The position numbers were made by a program, and so were the translations under genes. The notes beneath the pieces were generated by a model. It did no database searches. It was given only the letters and a program-made list of their open reading frames with translations, and had not been told where the DNA came from. Of a stretch of 32,000 nucleotides of DNA, positions 27,898-32,000 are shown one piece after another. How positions within the stretch are numbered: the stretch's first letter is position 1; each line of letters starts with the position of its first letter. The DNA comes from Nitrosospira multiformis ATCC 25196 (GTDB taxonomy: Bacteria; Pseudomonadota; Gammaproteobacteria; Burkholderiales; Nitrosomonadaceae): NCBI RefSeq assembly GCF_000196355.1, contig NC_007614.1:2790001-2822000 (forward strand), given 5' to 3'.

Positions 27898-28067
27898 TCA
27901 AGGCGCAGTTTCTAATGAAATCCGCTTTTTCATGGCATCACCAGCTCTTTTTCTGACTCGGCTTATACCCTTCAGGTAAGCCTTTCGGCCACTTCTTGAG
28001 CAAGGCCTCTTGTTTTCCGAATCTTCGTCCATGCCAACTCGGCGCAAGCCGGATTGGCCTCCTTCAC
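27898..28067 (-). pseudogene. possible remnant of an XRE-family HTH gene
   Basis: Minus-strand frames read ...LAWTKIRKTRGLAQEVAERLT(stop) and, shifted, ...KGISRVRKRAGDAMKKRISLETAP(stop). This resembles the IRxxRGLTQEELAERLGISR....E.G.R.PSLETL pattern, broken by a frameshift. No intact ORF. Confidence 0.25.
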
Positions 28068-28295
28068 TTTCCCCGATTCCTTGGCAGATTTATGCCATGC
28101 ATATACAAAAATGCATAAGAATCATCCTTGTATATTTATATATCATTTAGAATGAACTTTATTTTATGAATGATACTCTAACAAGTACCTGTAAAAAAAC
28201 AGGTATGACTAATTCATTTAAATAGGAGGATATGACATTGGAGACTTATCGCAAGATAATCGGACAAGGTTCGTATTCAATCTGATTATCTTTTT

Positions 28296-28343
28296 CTACC
28301 AGCCAAATTTGACTGAATCCTTGAGCTGGTAGTTTTTGTTCTT
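28296..28343 (+). promoter_or_regulatory. terminator-like stem-loop plus U-tract in the amoC leader
   Basis: ctaccagc (28296-28303) pairs with gctggtag (28325-28332) around a 21-nt loop. It is followed by tttttgttctt, about 50 nt upstream of the amoC ATG. Confidence 0.4.
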
Positions 28344-28393
28344 AATTTGGATACCCCATTGGGGTTCTTGATTATTTGCAAAAGGAGTTAGCG

Positions 28394-29221
28394 ATGTCTG
28401 CAATTACACCTGAGACCATTGCAGTTGGTCATAAGAGGGAGAGCAGTGCGAGCAGTGCAGCGTACGACATGTCGGAATGGTATGACTCCAGGTTCTACAA
28501 GCTGGGTCTGCTGCCGATACTGGGAATGGCGGTTTTCTGGGTCTGGTTTCAACGCACCTATGCCTATTCCCACGGGATGGACTCCATGGAGCCGGAGTTC
28601 GAGCAAATCTGGATGGGGCTGTGGCGTTTCCAGATGATGCTCTGGCCAACCCTCGCCCTGATCGTCTGGGGCTGGATATGGAAGACGCGCGATACCCAGG
28701 AGCAACTCGCAAGCCTTGCGGTGAAAAAGGAAATCAAGCGGTACTTCTATTTCCTCATGTGGCTTGGTGTGTACATGTTCGCCGTCTACTGGGGATCGAG
28801 CTTCTTCACCGAACAGGATGCTTCCTGGCATCAGGTGATCATCCGTGACACGAGCTTTACACCCAGCCATATACCGCTGTTCTATGGGGCGTTCCCGATG
28901 TACATCATCATGGGCGTGTCGACTTTCCTGTATGCAAGTACGCGCTTGCCGCTCTACAACAAGGGAACTTCGTTTCCGCTGCTGATGGCCATCGCAGGTC
29001 CGCTGATGAGCCTTCCGAACGTGGGCCTCAATGAGTGGGGGCACGCCTTCTGGTTCATGGAGGAACTCTTCAGCGCACCGCTGCACTGGGGCTTCGTGGT
29101 GCTGGCCTGGGCAGCCCTGTTCTCCGGCGGCATTGCCGTCCAGGTGATCGCACGGTTCTCCAACCTCATGGACGTGCAGTGGAACAGGCAAAGCCGGGTA
29201 ATCCTGGATAACGTTGTCTAA
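28394..29221 (+). CDS. amoC: ammonia monooxygenase subunit C (AmoC/PmoC family), singleton copy
   Basis: AAGGAG 6 nt upstream of the ATG at 28394; the track start at 28376 is a TTG. Near-invariant AmoC blocks: [72 protein letters not shown]. No amoA/amoB follows. Confidence 0.95.
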   Translation: MSAITPETIAVGHKRESSASSAAYDMSEWYDSRFYKLGLLPILGMAVFWVWFQRTYAYSHGMDSMEPEFEQIWMGLWRFQMMLWPTLALIVWGWIWKTRDTQEQLASLAVKKEIKRYFYFLMWLGVYMFAVYWGSSFFTEQDASWHQVIIRDTSFTPSHIPLFYGAFPMYIIMGVSTFLYASTRLPLYNKGTSFPLLMAIAGPLMSLPNVGLNEWGHAFWFMEELFSAPLHWGFVVLAWAALFSGGIAVQVIARFSNLMDVQWNRQSRVILDNVV

Positions 29222-29260
29222 AGAACCAGCCTTCAAGTCCAGATCGTAACAGCGTGGTAC

Positions 29261-29292
29261 ACCCCATCCGCTTTCACAGGGATGGGGTTTTT
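29261..29292 (+). terminator. rho-independent terminator of amoC
   Basis: accccatcc (29261-29269) pairs perfectly with ggatggggt (29280-29288) around a 10-nt loop. A T-run follows to 29292, 40 nt after the amoC stop. Confidence 0.8.
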
Positions 29293-29523
29293 GGCAAAAA
29301 CAGCATCACCGGAAAGTCTCTGGCGCTTCTCTTCCAGTCCTCCTCCAGGGAAATCACCTCTACACCTCTCGCCGTCATGCCCGGCTTTTTACCCCGGATT
29401 GCCTCAGTTTCCGTGAACATCATCTTCCGCATATAGGCGCCAAAGTCCTGAAAATGACAGCCTCAAAAACTCCAAAAATACCTTTTGACACCTGTCGGAA
29501 AATATAGGACTATTGCGCCTTGG

Positions 29524-29539
29524 ACACTAGAGATAGTTG
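29524..29539. promoter_or_regulatory. NrdR box 1 (distal)
   Basis: ACACTAGAGATAGTTG against the remembered NrdR consensus acaCwAtATaTwGtgt matches 12/16. Its centre is 32 bp from the box 2 centre, and it overlaps the putative -35. Confidence 0.6.
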
Positions 29540-29565
29540 AACACACTCTCATGCACTACTATATA
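29537..29565 (+). promoter_or_regulatory. putative sigma-70 promoter of nrdA
   Basis: TTGAAC (29537-29542), a 17-nt spacer, then TATATA (29560-29565). Both hexamers are overlapped by the NrdR boxes. Not experimentally anchored. Confidence 0.4.
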
Positions 29566-29572
29566 TAGTAGT
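29555..29572. promoter_or_regulatory. NrdR box 2 (proximal), perfect 18-bp palindrome
   Basis: ACTACTATATATAGTAGT is self-complementary, and its core CTATATATAG equals the CwAtATaTwG core of the NrdR box. It lies ~100 bp upstream of the nrdA ATG. Confidence 0.7.
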
Positions 29573-29599
29573 CCACAGGTTTTCCACAGCATTTCCACA
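29569..29599 (+). promoter_or_regulatory. three 11-bp-phased TCCACA repeats (DnaA-box-like)
   Basis: tagTCCACA, tttTCCACA and attTCCACA have their TCCACA cores starting at 29572, 29583 and 29594. The middle copy, TTTTCCACA, fits the relaxed DnaA box TTWTNCACA. Confidence 0.45.
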
Positions 29600-29667
29600 A
29601 CACCTAAAATATCAGGCTTTGCCCAGGGATTCGGTACATTTCCCTTACAAATGAGGAGCATCCAGTC

Positions 29668-32000
29668 ATGCAGCTTTCCACAGATCAAACACCCCGGCCG
29701 GCAATGGCAGGCTACGAGTTTTCTTCGAACCCTTCCGGCCACGATCCGCGCTATTCCCAATACAAGATCATTCGCCGCAATGGCTCAGTGGCCGGATTCG
29801 AACCGAACAAAATCTCCATTGCCATGACGAAAGCGTTTCTCGCAGTCGAGGGCAGCCAGGGGGCTGCTTCGGCCAGGGTACGCGAAGTGGTGGCGCGCCT
29901 GACCGAAGATGTGGTGAACGCCTTGATGCGCCGCCAGCCCTCGGGTGGAACCTTTCATATCGAGGATATCCAGGATCAGGTGGAACTGGCATTGATGCGC
30001 TCGGGCGAGCATGATGTGGCGCGGGCCTATGTGCTGTACCGCGAGGATCGCGCGCGCAAGCGGGCGCAGCAAAAGGAAGCGGGTGCAGCGGAGGCGGCCG
30101 GCAGCGTCCTGAACGTGCTCGAGGACGGGCGCAGGGTTCCGCTCGATACCGCGAGACTGTTGGCGCTGATCGGCTCCTGCTGCGAAGGTCTGGGTGAGGG
30201 GGTCGATCCTGCGCTGATACTTAAAGCCACGCTCAAGGATTTATATGATGGAGTGCCGATGGAGGAAGTAAGGAAATCGGTAATCCTGTCAGCACGGGCG
30301 TTGCTGGAAAAAGAGCCGGCCTACAGCTACGTCACGGCGCGACTGCTGCTGCACTCGCTCCGCTTCGAGGTGCTGGGCGAGGAAATCGTACAAAGGGAAA
30401 TGGCCGGGCGCTATATGGAATATTTCCCGGCCTTCATAAAGCGCGGAATCGAAGCCGAACTGCTGGATGAGCGGCTGGCGCAGTTTGACTTGCCCAGGCT
30501 GGCACAAGCCCTCCATGCGGAGCGCGATCTCAAATTTGGCTATCTCGGTTTGCAAACCTTGTATGACCGTTATTTTCTGCATATACAGGAGCGCCGCATC
30601 GAGTTGCCGCAGGCATTTTTCATGCGGGTGGCGATGGGGCTTGCATTGAACGAAATCGATCGTGAAGCACGGGCGATAGAGTTCTACCATGTGCTGTCCA
30701 ACTTTGATTTCATGAGTTCCACACCCACCCTGTTTAATTCCGGCACACGCCGCTCGCAGCTGTCTTCATGCTATCTCACGACAGTGCCGGACGACCTGGA
30801 TGGGATTTACGAGGGAATCAAGGAAAACGCGCTGCTTGCCAAGTATGCCGGAGGACTGGGTAATGATTGGACGCGTGTGCGGGCGATGGGATCGCATATC
30901 AAGGGCACCAACGGCAAGTCCCAGGGCGTAGTCCCCTTTCTCAAGGTAGTATCCGACACGGCCGTGGCGGTAAACCAGGGCGGCAAACGCAAAGGCGCCG
31001 TTTGTGCCTACCTCGAATCCTGGCATTTGGATATCGAGGAGTTTCTGGAACTGCGCAAGAATACCGGGGACGATCGCCGGCGCACGCATGACATGAACAC
31101 GGCCACATGGGTTCCCGACCTGTTCATGAAACGGGTAATGGAAGGGGGCGAATGGACGCTCTTTTCGCCTTCCGACGTGCCCGATCTGCACGAAAAGTAT
31201 GGCAAGGCATTTGAGCAGGCTTATCTCGCCTACGAGGATAAAGTCGCGCGCGGCGAACTCGACCTGTACAAGACGATACCCGCGGTGCAGTTATGGCGCA
31301 AAATGCTGAGCATGCTGTTTGAAACCGGGCACCCATGGATCACCTTCAAGGATGCCTGCAATATCCGCTCGCCGCAAAACCATATAGGGGTGGTGCACAG
31401 TTCCAATCTCTGCACCGAGATAACGCTGAATACCAATGATCAGGAAATCGCGGTATGCAACCTTGGTTCGATCAATCTGGCAGCCCACATCGATGATGGC
31501 GGGAAGCTGGATGCCGACAAGCTCAAGCGTACTGTCAGCCTCGCCATGCGCATGCTCGACAATGTGATCGATATCAATTTCTATGCCGTGGCCAAGGCGC
31601 GCAACTCCAATCTCAGGCACCGGCCGGTCGGGCTGGGTATCATGGGTTTCCAGGATTGCCTGCACAGGATGCGCATTCCCTACGCTTCGGACGAAGCAGT
31701 GGAATTTGCGGACCGTACCATGGAAGCGATGGCCTACCATGCCTACTGGGCCTCGACCGAACTGGCCGAAGAGCGGGGACGTTATGCTTCCTATCGCGGC
31801 AGTCTGTGGGACCGCGGCATTCTGCCCCAGGATACGCTCGACCTGCTGCAGGAAGAACGCGGCGGATACATCGAGGCGGACAGATCATCGACGCTGGACT
31901 GGGAAGCGCTGCGCGAACGCATCAGAAACCATGGCATGCGTAACTCCAACTGCCTCGCAATAGCGCCCACCGCGACCATTTCGAACATTGTCGGCGTTTC
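29668..32000 (+). CDS. nrdA: ribonucleoside-diphosphate reductase alpha subunit, class Ia (3'-truncated by the window end)
   Basis: GAGGAG at 29653-29658 and ATG at 29668. The frame is open to the window end (777 codons), which is why it is absent from the ORF track. ATP-cone YKIIRRNGSVAGFEPNKISIAM...VARAYVLYR, then SSTPTLFNSGT, LSSCYL, NQGGKRKGA, and catalytic SNLCTEI...VCNLGSINL. Confidence 0.95.
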   Translation, partial: MQLSTDQTPRPAMAGYEFSSNPSGHDPRYSQYKIIRRNGSVAGFEPNKISIAMTKAFLAVEGSQGAASARVREVVARLTEDVVNALMRRQPSGGTFHIEDIQDQVELALMRSGEHDVARAYVLYREDRARKRAQQKEAGAAEAAGSVLNVLEDGRRVPLDTARLLALIGSCCEGLGEGVDPALILKATLKDLYDGVPMEEVRKSVILSARALLEKEPAYSYVTARLLLHSLRFEVLGEEIVQREMAGRYMEYFPAFIKRGIEAELLDERLAQFDLPRLAQALHAERDLKFGYLGLQTLYDRYFLHIQERRIELPQAFFMRVAMGLALNEIDREARAIEFYHVLSNFDFMSSTPTLFNSGTRRSQLSSCYLTTVPDDLDGIYEGIKENALLAKYAGGLGNDWTRVRAMGSHIKGTNGKSQGVVPFLKVVSDTAVAVNQGGKRKGAVCAYLESWHLDIEEFLELRKNTGDDRRRTHDMNTATWVPDLFMKRVMEGGEWTLFSPSDVPDLHEKYGKAFEQAYLAYEDKVARGELDLYKTIPAVQLWRKMLSMLFETGHPWITFKDACNIRSPQNHIGVVHSSNLCTEITLNTNDQEIAVCNLGSINLAAHIDDGGKLDADKLKRTVSLAMRMLDNVIDINFYAVAKARNSNLRHRPVGLGIMGFQDCLHRMRIPYASDEAVEFADRTMEAMAYHAYWASTELAEERGRYASYRGSLWDRGILPQDTLDLLQEERGGYIEADRSSTLDWEALRERIRNHGMRNSNCLAIAPTATISNIVGV

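Noticed and set aside
28388-29236. 282-aa minus-strand ORF covering the whole amoC locus
   Set aside because: It is an exact antisense shadow of amoC. The plus-strand product has near-invariant AmoC motifs, a good RBS and a terminator. The antisense product has no features.
29274-29432. 52-codon minus-strand ORF (MRKMMFTETEAIRGKKPGMTARGVEVISLEEDWKRS...) between amoC and nrdA
   Set aside because: It runs through the amoC terminator hairpin, has no RBS and no recognisable family. It is kept only as a note.

Overview
The window is probably chromosomal DNA from a betaproteobacterial ammonia oxidiser (Nitrosospira/Nitrosomonas-like). This is an inference from a full-length AmoC/PmoC-family gene plus betaproteobacterial housekeeping synteny; GC is mid-50s % by eye. 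0-17.5 kb is mostly housekeeping: a secreted Cys-rich protein, ChaB, tRNA(CAT), a UbiH-family hydroxylase, DsbC, MltA, GdhA, an aldehyde dehydrogenase, Slt70, an NDUFA9-like SDR, Cca, MsrA, and an argS-SPOR-dsbA-SDR cluster. At 17.6-19.5 kb a DUF2278(YukJ)+lamin-tail-domain gene is split by an intact 843-bp IS5-family (IS427-group) element, and the insertion junction can be rebuilt to the base. At 19.5-22.1 kb a secreted hypothetical protein lies divergent to a rhomboid protease. 22.1-28.1 kb is an accessory, decaying patch: DUF1080, DUF1259-like, an orphan large ParB/Srx-like protein typical of plasmids/ICEs, a multiply frameshifted lipase-like pseudogene, a small secreted helical protein and a possible XRE-HTH remnant. 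At 28.4-29.2 kb a singleton amoC (no amoA/amoB) has an AT-rich structured leader and a strong terminator. From 29.67 kb to the window end lies nrdA. It is open-ended and therefore missing from the supplied ORF track. It is preceded by tandem NrdR boxes and three 11-bp-phased TCCACA (DnaA-box-like) repeats. I saw no rRNA, no CRISPR array and no convincing multi-gene defence system. The best novelty candidates are single genes or gene pairs of unknown function and the amoC leader. Many long ORFs in the track are antisense artefacts of GC-rich genes.
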